Under the pieces are notes generated by a model. It had not been told where the DNA came from. It did no database searches and saw only the letters and a program-made list of their open reading frames with translations. The position numbers and the translations under genes are program-made. From a virus, in the IMG/VR virus record IMGVR_UViG_3300029698_000133, positions 8,559 through 72,558 of that record: DNA of 64,000 nt. One strand, given 5' to 3'. Shown here in pieces: positions 19,606 through 29,300 of the stretch (positions are counted from its first letter, which is position 1; every line of letters starts with the position of its first letter).

Positions 19606-19651
19606 GAAAATTTTTACCATAATCACGTTCTTATTCATGAAAGCTCCTATC

Positions 19652-22600
19652 TTAGTTTTGCGGCAGTACACATATTGCCATATTTCTAAAAGCAACATCT
19701 GCTATCTGCATATATCCTTCAATTGCCGGATGAACACCATTCGTTCCGACTGCCTCGGTAATCTTATTCCTTGTGTTAACCTGTTTGCTCGTTGCTGGCA
19801 TATTGTATTCGCTATCAAACTGTGTGGCAACGTTCAAAAACTCCACATAATTCTTAAACTCTTCATCATTTGCCAAAGACTGATATGCCAAATTCATTCC
19901 CATTACGCTCCTACTAAGTGCATAGGGATTAGAATATGCACTATTCGCGCCATAGTTAGCTCCAGTTCCTCCATTGAAAGACGGCATTTGAATTCCCATT
20001 ACCTTTACCTTCGCTTCAGGGAATTCATCATGCAGTTTTCTAATGAACTCTTTCGCATTTTCTACATGAATTTTGACTGTATAAGCATCTGGTGTAGAGC
20101 AATATCCGCCAAGAGCATTCCAGCTGAGCAAGGTATAGACATAATCTATCCCTGCAAAGCCATTTCTTTCACAATATGATTTAAAGCTGATCTTATCTTG
20201 CACAGCATCCCAAAACGGATTACCTTCAGCATAACCTGTACTCGTAAAGGCGATTGCTTCCGGGTGAGTCGCATTTGACAAATGAGTTAAGTTCCCTCCC
20301 CCCACAGGCATTTTACCTGTGTGGTTCTGAAACCTGGTAAACTTAATTCTTTTCTTCTCAATCGTCTCCATTTGCCAGACATTTCCATTTTCATCACGCC
20401 AGAGACTGTGTTGGTCCGTATTGTCTTTGTCATGTGTCGAATACACCCACATTCCGAGACTTGTGTTTGACGGTTTGGCAAGGTAACTAGCCCAAGTCCA
20501 GCCACCATAACCTTCGTAGCCTATTTGGCCTCTTTTCTTTGTTCCAATGAACTCAATATTGTTTCTACCCAGACCGCTTGGCGAACCACCCGTTTCGAGG
20601 ACACGTCTTGCCAATTCAACACACCACTCACCACCTGTCGTCAAGCTGTCCCCTATACATAGAATATTTTTCTTTTCTATCGGGCTCTGCCCTGCTTTTC
20701 TGATAGCAAGAGTAGTCGTTGCAGAGGCAATAATTCGGTCACTGCAATCTCGAACATTCAGCGTCAATTTATGTTCACCCTCTTGATCAGCTTTAGGTGT
20801 CACTTCAAAATAGCGATTTGTATTTTTTCCGATATCACAAATGCACTCCAAATTAAAGTTATATGGATTTGGATGTTCTACAATGCCACGGTAGAAAAGT
20901 TGCAGTGTATCATCAACAACGCCATATATCTTGTCTGGCAGAACTACTCTCGGAGGAGTTTCAATGTTCAGCTTTTCAATTTTCTCATCAAAGCCCTGTT
21001 TAACACTCGAAATGGTTTCATCGATTGCAAGTTGCTTGATTGCTGCACCAATTCTCTGCTGGACATTTTCGCTTTGAGGATTGCTCAGTTGGGCTTTATC
21101 CAAGAGGTTTTCTACTACCTCAATGACTTGATCAAGCTGATGCTTCCTCAGTTGATATATACTCTCCAGGTACTCAACAAACATATCAGGTCTATCCTGA
21201 TTGATCAGCTCTGTATCATGAATTGGAAACCAGTCTTTCAGTTCTTTGTCAACTCTGAACGGTCCATCTCCTGCCTGACATATGTAACAGACTGCGCCGT
21301 AATCAGGAGGATTAAGATTCTTGCCTGTATTGCCAAACATAACACTAATATGCTGATCACAGGTAAACCCCGCATAAAGTTCTACTGAATTCTCATTTTC
21401 AATGGGTGTTGAAAAACGAAACTCAATCTTTCTTCTCTCACCAGATTTGATATGGAAACCTTCTCTTGTTTCGTCTGCAAGAATAGCCCCCTTATGATTG
21501 TTTACAGAAACCACACAGCGTATTTTTTCAATATAGGCATTGTTTTCTTTGCGATTTTCTATCGTAAAAACTAGAGTGTTGAAATGCTTGGCTTTCCCAA
21601 TTGGAGCTGCCCAACCAGTAAAGGTTGAAGTTGTATAACTCAAAACAGCATAGGATACAGGCACAAGATTTTGCTCATCCGATACAGCCCATGAATCCTG
21701 AAATGAGTTTTTCAGCTTTGCCAAGCTTTCTTTTATATTTTTCTCAACTTCTCGCCACTTTGCTTTATTCGGATTATAGCCGGTCAGCCATACAGCCAAA
21801 TTGTAACGTCCCCCCGTTGAACAATCTTCCATTTTGGCAAACTGACCGTTCGTGGTATACAAACTACCCGAAGTTGCTTCTTGACTACCAAACACGTTTG
21901 TGCAAATCACATCCGCTTGTAGAAGGATGAAGACTTTTCTTCCTTGTTCAAAGAACAACCCATTCACATCACAGTGAACACGTTTTTCATCGTTAGGCTC
22001 AATTGTGACATTGAGGTACTTGTTAAAGGAGATTTTCTCTTCACTAGCATCATCGAATGCTATTGCAACACGAATTTGACTGATTCTTTCACTACGTGCC
22101 TTGACGATAAATTCAATTCCTGTTACAAGAATACTTTCGTCGATCAAATACGAGGAAACCCAGCCGCTAAAGGTCGATGAATCATATGGATAGTACAATT
22201 CTCCTCCGTGGATTTTCTTTACTTCTGTTTCTAAAAGCTCCTGAACATACTTTTCAGCCAGTTGTTCATGCACAGCCTCCCGCATCTCACCGGCTCTCAG
22301 AGCTCGTATCGCATTTCCAAGAGTATTATGCGTATGACCATACGAATCAACACGAGCATCCAGAATCTCCGCATCCGAGGTCTTTCCCCCGGCAATGCTG
22401 TCCATCCGTTTGTTCAGCGTATCCTTGGCATCCTTCAGTTCCTGCCGGCCGGTGTTCAGGTCGGACTTGGCCTGTTCGACCTTGCCGGTCAACTCTGAAC
22501 TGGTCTGTTCCAGATTCTCATTGACTCGCTGTTCTGTTTCCGACAACTCCTGACTGATTGCCTTGTGCGTATCATCCAGTTCCTTGCTGATCGCCGTATG

Positions 22601-22894
22601 GGTCTCCTTGAACTCCTGACTCATGGCATTTTTGACTGCCGTAACATCACTGTGCATCTGCTGGACATCCACGTCCACGTCCTGTTCCAGCTTCCGCATC
22701 TGTGCGGAATAATGGGCACACAGCGACCAGTAACTCTCATCTGCCAGCGAGATGCCCACAGGCACAGCCTTACGGCTGATATAGCTGTCACCGGTCTCGC
22801 CGTCCAGTACGATCATCAAGGGTTCATAGGTTTTCTTCTGATCCCAGACACCTACATGGTCCGGTACCACCCGTTTGCCAACAAACTCTCCCAT
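19652..22894 (-). CDS. large tail fibre / receptor-binding protein (1080 aa) with SGNH hydrolase domain
   Basis: Shared N-terminal anchor with the 664-aa fibre, coiled-coil segment, SGNH motifs (ILCIGDSLTTGGEW ... GTNGVHPAIEGY). Confidence 0.7.
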   Translation of the reverse strand: MGEFVGKRVVPDHVGVWDQKKTYEPLMIVLDGETGDSYISRKAVPVGISLADESYWSLCAHYSAQMRKLEQDVDVDVQQMHSDVTAVKNAMSQEFKETHTAISKELDDTHKAISQELSETEQRVNENLEQTSSELTGKVEQAKSDLNTGRQELKDAKDTLNKRMDSIAGGKTSDAEILDARVDSYGHTHNTLGNAIRALRAGEMREAVHEQLAEKYVQELLETEVKKIHGGELYYPYDSSTFSGWVSSYLIDESILVTGIEFIVKARSERISQIRVAIAFDDASEEKISFNKYLNVTIEPNDEKRVHCDVNGLFFEQGRKVFILLQADVICTNVFGSQEATSGSLYTTNGQFAKMEDCSTGGRYNLAVWLTGYNPNKAKWREVEKNIKESLAKLKNSFQDSWAVSDEQNLVPVSYAVLSYTTSTFTGWAAPIGKAKHFNTLVFTIENRKENNAYIEKIRCVVSVNNHKGAILADETREGFHIKSGERRKIEFRFSTPIENENSVELYAGFTCDQHISVMFGNTGKNLNPPDYGAVCYICQAGDGPFRVDKELKDWFPIHDTELINQDRPDMFVEYLESIYQLRKHQLDQVIEVVENLLDKAQLSNPQSENVQQRIGAAIKQLAIDETISSVKQGFDEKIEKLNIETPPRVVLPDKIYGVVDDTLQLFYRGIVEHPNPYNFNLECICDIGKNTNRYFEVTPKADQEGEHKLTLNVRDCSDRIIASATTTLAIRKAGQSPIEKKNILCIGDSLTTGGEWCVELARRVLETGGSPSGLGRNNIEFIGTKKRGQIGYEGYGGWTWASYLAKPSNTSLGMWVYSTHDKDNTDQHSLWRDENGNVWQMETIEKKRIKFTRFQNHTGKMPVGGGNLTHLSNATHPEAIAFTSTGYAEGNPFWDAVQDKISFKSYCERNGFAGIDYVYTLLSWNALGGYCSTPDAYTVKIHVENAKEFIRKLHDEFPEAKVKVMGIQMPSFNGGTGANYGANSAYSNPYALSRSVMGMNLAYQSLANDEEFKNYVEFLNVATQFDSEYNMPATSKQVNTRNKITEAVGTNGVHPAIEGYMQIADVAFRNMAICVLPQN

Positions 22895-22911
22895 TTTACT
22901 TCCTTTCCGGC

Positions 22912-23661
22912 TTACGCCTCATTGTATCTCACGATCAAGTGACCTTCATCGTCCATCTCAAAAATCAGACCCAGCGCGTCCCAGCTCTGGAACACCAGAT
23001 GTCCATCCATATTGATGGACGAGGTGACCATGCCCTCCTCGATATCCTTCGCCACCTTATCAATGGTGCTGGACACAGACCCCTGCGCCAGTCCCAGCTT
23101 ATCATCCGAGCGCATCACGAGGTATCCGTCATCGGTGATGAGGAATTCCAGGATGCCCTTGGCGGCAGCATCCAACGCCTGCTTATAGGTCAGCGTGGCG
23201 ATTTTACCGTTCTTGACCGCTGCACGGGCCACATTCAGCACCAGACTGAACGAACCAATCACATCTCCCTCATCGGACAGAAGGTAGATGTCAATCGGGA
23301 ATCTGCCGTATACTTCGGTCATAAAGGATGTGACCGTCAGGATGACCGCACCGTCATCCACGAACACAAGGTCCGGGCGGGTCTCGCTGGAATACTGGAA
23401 CACTGCACCGTCCGGCCGAGTAGCTGAGTAGCTGACGATGGTATCCTTACTGACCTTATACTCCAGCGAGTTCTGATACAGCCGACACCGCACTTTTCGG
23501 GCTTGGTTGTCGTACTGCTTGACCGGGATGTGGGTCGGGATCAGGTTCTCTGTGAATGACAGTTCCACGTCCTGAAACACCGTGAACGACTTAGTCACCA
23601 GTGCCTCCTGCGCCGGTTCCTCCGCTGTCTGTACCACTGCTTTCGCCTTCCTGTTTGCCAT
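22912..23661 (-). CDS. phage hypothetical protein (269 aa) between Tal and the tail fibres
   Basis: Position between Tal and fibres; RBS GGAGGAGG before MANRKAK; no recognisable motif. Confidence 0.45.
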   Translation of the reverse strand: MANRKAKAVVQTAEEPAQEALVTKSFTVFQDVELSFTENLIPTHIPVKQYDNQARKVRCRLYQNSLEYKVSKDTIVSYSATRPDGAVFQYSSETRPDLVFVDDGAVILTVTSFMTEVYGRFPIDIYLLSDEGDVIGSFSLVLNVARAAVKNGKIATLTYKQALDAAAKGILEFLITDDGYLVMRSDDKLGLAQGSVSSTIDKVAKDIEEGMVTSSINMDGHLVFQSWDALGLIFEMDDEGHLIVRYNEA

Positions 23662-25531
23662 CTTCTTCGCCTCCTCCCTCTGTCGGGGTATCCGGGTCGG
23701 GCTCAGGTTCCGGTGGCTCATAGCCTACCGTCTGCCAAATTTCTCCGTCCCACAGCTTCAGCCGCAGGGCGGTTGTATCGACCCAGAGTGCATTTGTTTT
23801 CGGATTCTTTGGTGCTGCCTCCTGCGCACAGATGGCCGGAGCATACCGCTCATCCAGTTTCGCCAGCAGCGTTTCGGACAGCTTATCTGCTGTTCCGTAC
23901 CGCTCGTCCAGCTTTTTAATCAGCTCTTCTGACAAGACGGATGCTGTCTTATATCGCTCATCCAACTGTGCAAGCAGCTCCTCGGACAGCTTATCTGCCG
24001 TACCGTATCGTGCGTCCAGGCTTTTGATGAGTTCTTCGGACAAGGCGGATGCCGTCTTATACCGCTCATCCAACTGTTCGAGCAGTTCTTCAGTCAGTTC
24101 TCCGGCTTTCTTATAGCGTTCATCCAGCTCCTGCAGAGTGTTCTCCAGCAGCAACGCCGTCTTGACCGGGGAATCGTCTTTTTCCCAGCCATAGCCCCAT
24201 GTTTTTCCGCCGTCCGTGGAAATGAAAAATCCCGCTGGGCTGTTTTTCCACGCAAAGGTAGACTTTGCCAGTGACCCGGCATTGAAGGCATACCGCACGG
24301 TTTCGCCGTTCACCTCGGTCACGTTCTGGTAGTGCAGGCCGAACAGGCCGGCCAGCAGGGTGCCGTCATAGACCATCGACACGGAAATGCCGCCGATCTG
24401 CTCACCCATGCTGGTCTCTACACGGAGCGCGGTGTTGTAGGCTTCATTGGCTGTGTTCCGGATGCTGCTCAGTGCCGTGGTCAGTGACGAGTTCCGGCTG
24501 CTGACCGTGGAGTTCGATAGCGTGATGCCTTCGTAGCGTTCCAGCAGACAGTCGTATTGTGTTTCGGTCACCTTGGAGCTGACCTCGATGCCGAGCTTGG
24601 AAATAAACACATGGACGGTATCGCACAGACTCACCTGCTCCGCTTCCACCACATCCTCATAGTCCGGGGTATTCCAGAGCTGGATAAAGTCGATGTCGAT
24701 ATCCACCTGTGGCTCGGTCAGGCTGGTGTTCTTCAGATAATCCTGTGCAAAGGAGCGCATCATCTCATCCGTGGGCTTATCCTGAAATCCACTGGTGCAA
24801 TCCAGTACTGTGATCTTCTGGTACGGCACCGACCGCTGCTCCACCAACACCACCTTTTCCGGCAACTCCGTCACCTCGCCGGTCTCGGAATTCTGCCAGT
24901 ACGGATGTACACCCGTGATTACGCTCTCAATGTTCCTCTCCATCTTGAAGTCGATGAGGTTTTTGCCGTAGACGATATGCACGCCGTGGTCTGCGCCCCG
25001 GTGATGATGGAGCTTGACGGTGTATCGGTCCCACTCGTACTCTCCGCCAAAGGTGTCCAGCACCGAGCCGTCGATACCGCCGAGGCAGTTCCGAAAAGAG
25101 GACGGCTCCGAGAGCCGAAAAGAGGCGCTGGAGGAGATATCCGTCCAGACCTCAAAGGGGCACTCGGATGCCGCGTGGTTTCCCAGCCCCGCCAGCGCAC
25201 CGGTGCAGCTGGTCGTGGCAAAAGGAGAAACCGTAATGAAGTTTAGCTGATACGAGATGTGCCTTGCCTTGACAGTCAGCTTGCCGTCAATCGGCGTTGC
25301 GATTTTGTAGATACGGAACGGCTGCGATCTGCCTGTGTCGGATGGCTTTGCAAGGATGATGTTCCCTTCTTCCAGCTGATCCGCATGGATACCATCTGCT
25401 GGGTAGACCATCTCCAGCTCAAAGCTGCCATTGCGCTTTTCCGTCACCACACAGGAATGAGCATCTGCCATCTTGCCGATGCCGTTGTTGTCAAACTTTT
25501 TCTCCATGGATGCATACAGACAAGGGATCAT
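23591..25531 (-). CDS. tail-associated protein (Tal-like minor structural protein) with C-terminal 18-aa tandem repeats
   Basis: Siphovirus Tal-type N-terminus after Dit; five to six copies of LDERYxTAxxLSEELLxx (54-bp DNA repeats, about 23835-24130). Confidence 0.65.
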   Translation of the reverse strand: MIPCLYASMEKKFDNNGIGKMADAHSCVVTEKRNGSFELEMVYPADGIHADQLEEGNIILAKPSDTGRSQPFRIYKIATPIDGKLTVKARHISYQLNFITVSPFATTSCTGALAGLGNHAASECPFEVWTDISSSASFRLSEPSSFRNCLGGIDGSVLDTFGGEYEWDRYTVKLHHHRGADHGVHIVYGKNLIDFKMERNIESVITGVHPYWQNSETGEVTELPEKVVLVEQRSVPYQKITVLDCTSGFQDKPTDEMMRSFAQDYLKNTSLTEPQVDIDIDFIQLWNTPDYEDVVEAEQVSLCDTVHVFISKLGIEVSSKVTETQYDCLLERYEGITLSNSTVSSRNSSLTTALSSIRNTANEAYNTALRVETSMGEQIGGISVSMVYDGTLLAGLFGLHYQNVTEVNGETVRYAFNAGSLAKSTFAWKNSPAGFFISTDGGKTWGYGWEKDDSPVKTALLLENTLQELDERYKKAGELTEELLEQLDERYKTASALSEELIKSLDARYGTADKLSEELLAQLDERYKTASVLSEELIKKLDERYGTADKLSETLLAKLDERYAPAICAQEAAPKNPKTNALWVDTTALRLKLWDGEIWQTVGYEPPEPEPDPDTPTEGGGEEDGKQEGESSGTDSGGTGAGGTGD

Positions 25532-25549
25532 CCCGCTCCACCTCCTTCC

Positions 25550-26335
25550 TCACAGCGTCCACCAGCGCGGAGTCACTTCCACCGCCGTAATACCGCCCGT
25601 CCATGCGATCTGCGTCTTTCCTGCCGGCAGTTCCGGGAAATCATCCGAGAGGATGGTCTCATTGCAAAAGCCGCCCTCATTGTAGGCATTGTGCGTCTCG
25701 CAATTCAGCAGAACATAATCCTTAATGCTGTGGATGGTAATGGATTCATCGCCCACATACAGCACACCGCCCGAATCTCCGTAGACCTTGAAGACGGGCT
25801 GTGACGGGAATGCGAAGGGGTTCATGAGGTTGCTCCGGCTTTCCAGCCGTACCGTCCTCTGTCCTTCCACACTCCACCGCTGAGGCTTGCAATTGAACAC
25901 CAGATCCATCTTTGCGGCTTTCTGTGCCGTCACATCGAACTCCATCGCTTCGGTGCAGACCGCCATTCGGAAGAAGTCCGGGTCATAGGTATCCTGCAAT
26001 TTCTGGTAGCCGACCGGAGATAGTAGCCACGACTTGACCGCTGCGGTCTTGGCGGGCAGACCGTTGAAGAAGAACGCCTCATACTTGATATCCACATTCT
26101 GATACCGCCGCCGACCTGCTCTTGCATTCTCGCTGATGATGTCTCCGTTTCTGCCAGGGACCGATGTGCTTTCCACATCCGCTGCCGGGGAATCGTACAC
26201 ACCGGGTCCGGACAAATATAAAAGGAAGTCCTTGCTGGACTTACCGGCAAAGGACAGATACTGCCGTGCAAACCTGCCCTTCAGATCAAACTGGGATACT
26301 GTCTTTTTCTCAGGCAAATAGCCCATACGCATCAC
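25550..26335 (-). CDS. distal tail protein (Dit)
   Basis: Size and position immediately after the tape-measure gene; sipho tail-component-like. Confidence 0.6.
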   Translation of the reverse strand: MMRMGYLPEKKTVSQFDLKGRFARQYLSFAGKSSKDFLLYLSGPGVYDSPAADVESTSVPGRNGDIISENARAGRRRYQNVDIKYEAFFFNGLPAKTAAVKSWLLSPVGYQKLQDTYDPDFFRMAVCTEAMEFDVTAQKAAKMDLVFNCKPQRWSVEGQRTVRLESRSNLMNPFAFPSQPVFKVYGDSGGVLYVGDESITIHSIKDYVLLNCETHNAYNEGGFCNETILSDDFPELPAGKTQIAWTGGITAVEVTPRWWTL

Positions 26336-26338
26336 CTC

Positions 26339-29300
26339 TTACTTGTAAACCGAATCGTCCTGGTCGATCATCTCATTGATCTTGTCAGCTACGATCTGTG
26401 CCAGCTCGTTATCGTTCCGGGCGTTGTAGCCGTTCACCGTGATGTGAACGCCGCCCAGATTCGTGTTCTTTGTTGTTCCGCCGCCGGCCAGAGCAGCCTG
26501 CGGAAGATTCCAACCGCTTGTGTTCATCCGGGGCATATTGATCTCTGGCAGGCTGAAGGAGCAGATTCCCGCCATCCCCTGCTGAACCTTAGAGGCCATA
26601 GATCGGATCTGCTTCAGCAGACCGTCCTCGCTGTCCCTGATGCCTCCAGTCAGCAGCCTCATGAAGTCAGGCATATAGGTGTCGGCATCGGCCAGCGGTC
26701 CTTCGTCCGGCACCGAGAAGTGCAGGAAACTGCGGATGCCGTTTGCCACGCTCTTAGCGGCATTGCCGACCCACGACACGCCTTTCTTGATGCCTCCAGC
26801 GATACCGCTGACCACATCCTTGCCCCATTTCACCGCCGAGGAAGCCACGTTCTTGACGCCGCTCCAGATGGAGGATGCCACGTTGCCGATGGCAGACGCC
26901 GCATTGGAGATGCCATTCTTAATGGCAGTCACACCATTGGAGAACACAGAAGTGACTTTATTCCAGATGTTGGTCACGCCCTCACGGAAACCATCGCAGT
27001 TCTTCCAGAGAGCGGTCAGCCCAAGGCCGACACCGCCGACTGCGGCCACCGCAATACCAGCAGGGCCAGCAAGACCAGCCAGTGCTGTACCTGCCGAGGC
27101 AAGCACACCGCCAGCCGAAGAAGCGATACCAGCCAATGCACTGCCTGCACCGGCTGCAAGACCAGACACCGTTGTGCCAACAGAACCGAACAGCCCCGCA
27201 ATCGCAGAACCAGCTGAGCCAGCGATGCCGGCCAGCGTGGAGCCTACACCGGAGAGCAGCCCGGACAGGCTGCTGCCAACACCGCCGAGCTTGGAGAGAA
27301 CACCAGTCGTAACGCTGCCGAGGTTCGACAAGATGCCGGTTCCGCTGCTGCCAAGGCTGCCCAGCTTCGAGATGACACCGGTGACACCTTGTCCCAGACC
27401 ACCCATCTTGGAGGTCAGCCCGGAGATCAGATTGCCGAAGTTCGAGACGATCTGTCCGCCATCGGCGTTGCCGATTTTCGACAGGAAACTCCCCATCTTC
27501 GACAGCAGACCACCGCCGCCATCCGTTCCCAGTGCATTGCCGAGGTTCGTGAGCGTCTCGCCCAAGCTGCCGAAGGTACTCTTCATGGAGCCGAGCTTGT
27601 CCACGATTCCGGTGACAGTACTGACCGTATCGCCCACCTTACTGATACCCTCACCCAGACCTTTCAGGAAATCCGAGTTGAAGGTGTCACCGAGGCTGCG
27701 GATCGCGTTGCCCAGAGAACTGGTCTGGTCGCTCAAGTCTCCGATAGAGGTCTTCATGTCGGAGAATCCCTGCTTCACTTCATCGCTCATGCTGCTAACC
27801 GATGTTTTGGTGATCTTTTCAAGGTCACTCCAGACAGACCTAAACTCGCTGGTCATGCCGTCCAGACCATTCATAAGCCCAGTTCGGATGCCGGATGCCA
27901 GCCCGCTTGCAGCCGACCGAACTCTACTTGTGCTGCCGCTGATCGTAGAGGCAAAGCCACTCACCACCGACTTCACCTTGTCGCCCATGTCTCCCACGGG
28001 CGTGTTCAGGTTGGTCTTCATGGAGCCAGACAATGTCTTGACGGCCTTGACGACCTTGTCTTGATTCTTCTTGATGCCGCTTGCCAGCAGCTTCATGAAG
28101 TCAGGCATATACTCGTCCGCATCAGACAGAGGGCCAGTGTCAGGCACAGAGAAGTGCAGCAGACTTCTGACTTTGCTTGCCACGTTCTCTGCGGCCCGGA
28201 CGACCGAGCCTGCCGCCGCACGAACACCGGCCGCCATCTGGGAGCAGATGTCACTGCCCCAGCTGTATGCCGAAGAAGCAATGGAGCTGAGAGAGTTGAA
28301 GTTGCTCTTGATGCTGGACACACCGGAAGAGACCGTGGAGCGCAGATTGGACATGGCACCGGACACCACCGACTGCACGCCGGAGAAGGTAGAGCTAGTC
28401 GTGGACTTCACGCCGTTCCAGCCCGAAGAAACCGTAGACTTCACTGCGTTCACAGCCGAAGATGCCGTGCTGCGGATGGTGTTCCAGCTGGAACTGAGTA
28501 CCGACTGGATGCTCGACCAACTGCTGCTGGTCAGGCTGCGGAGGTTGTTCCATCCCGCCGTGACGGAACTCTTGACCGCATTGACTGAGCTGGTGGTTGC
28601 ACTCTTGATGCTGTTCCAGCTCGTATTCAGCACGGTCTGGATGGAATTCCAACTGGACGTTGTCAAACTTCGCAGATTCGTCCACCCGGTCGTGACGGAA
28701 GTTTTCACTGCGTTGACCGATGCTGTTGTCGCACTCTTGATGCTGTTCCAGCTCGTGTTCAGTGCCGTTTGGATGGAACTCCAACTGGATGTTGTCAACG
28801 TGCGCAGGTTTGTCCATCCATTGGTAACGGAAGTCTTCACTGCGTTCACGGCTGTGGTGCTTGCCGTTTTAATGGAATTCCAGCTTGCCGTCAGGCTCGA
28901 CTGGATGCTGGACCAGCTGGATACCGTCAGGGAACGAAGCTGTGTCCAGCCGTTCGTCACTGCGGTCTTCACACTGTTCAGGCTGGTTGTCACGAAAGTC
29001 GTAATTCCGGTCCATGCCGTAGTGAGGTTGGTCTTGACCGCATTCCATGCCGTAGTGGTATCCGAAGCGATGCCGGACCACGCTGCCGACATGGATGCCT
29101 TGATGCTGTCGATCTGGGTCGTCACAGACTGTGCCATGCCAGTACAGGCAGTCGATACGGAGGTAGACACACCCGACCATGCGGTCTGGGCTTCCGCCTC
29201 CACACCGGACCATGCGTTAGAGGTATCCGTTTTCATCTGGGTGGTAGAGTCACTGGTCTTGCCGGTGATGGCATCCCAGATACCACCAAAGAATCCGGAG

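Noticed and set aside
19445-20179. 244-aa plus-strand ORF across the fibre intergenic region and the 3' end of the 1080-aa fibre gene
   Set aside because: Mostly antisense to the fibre gene, Cys/Ile-rich junk composition, no RBS
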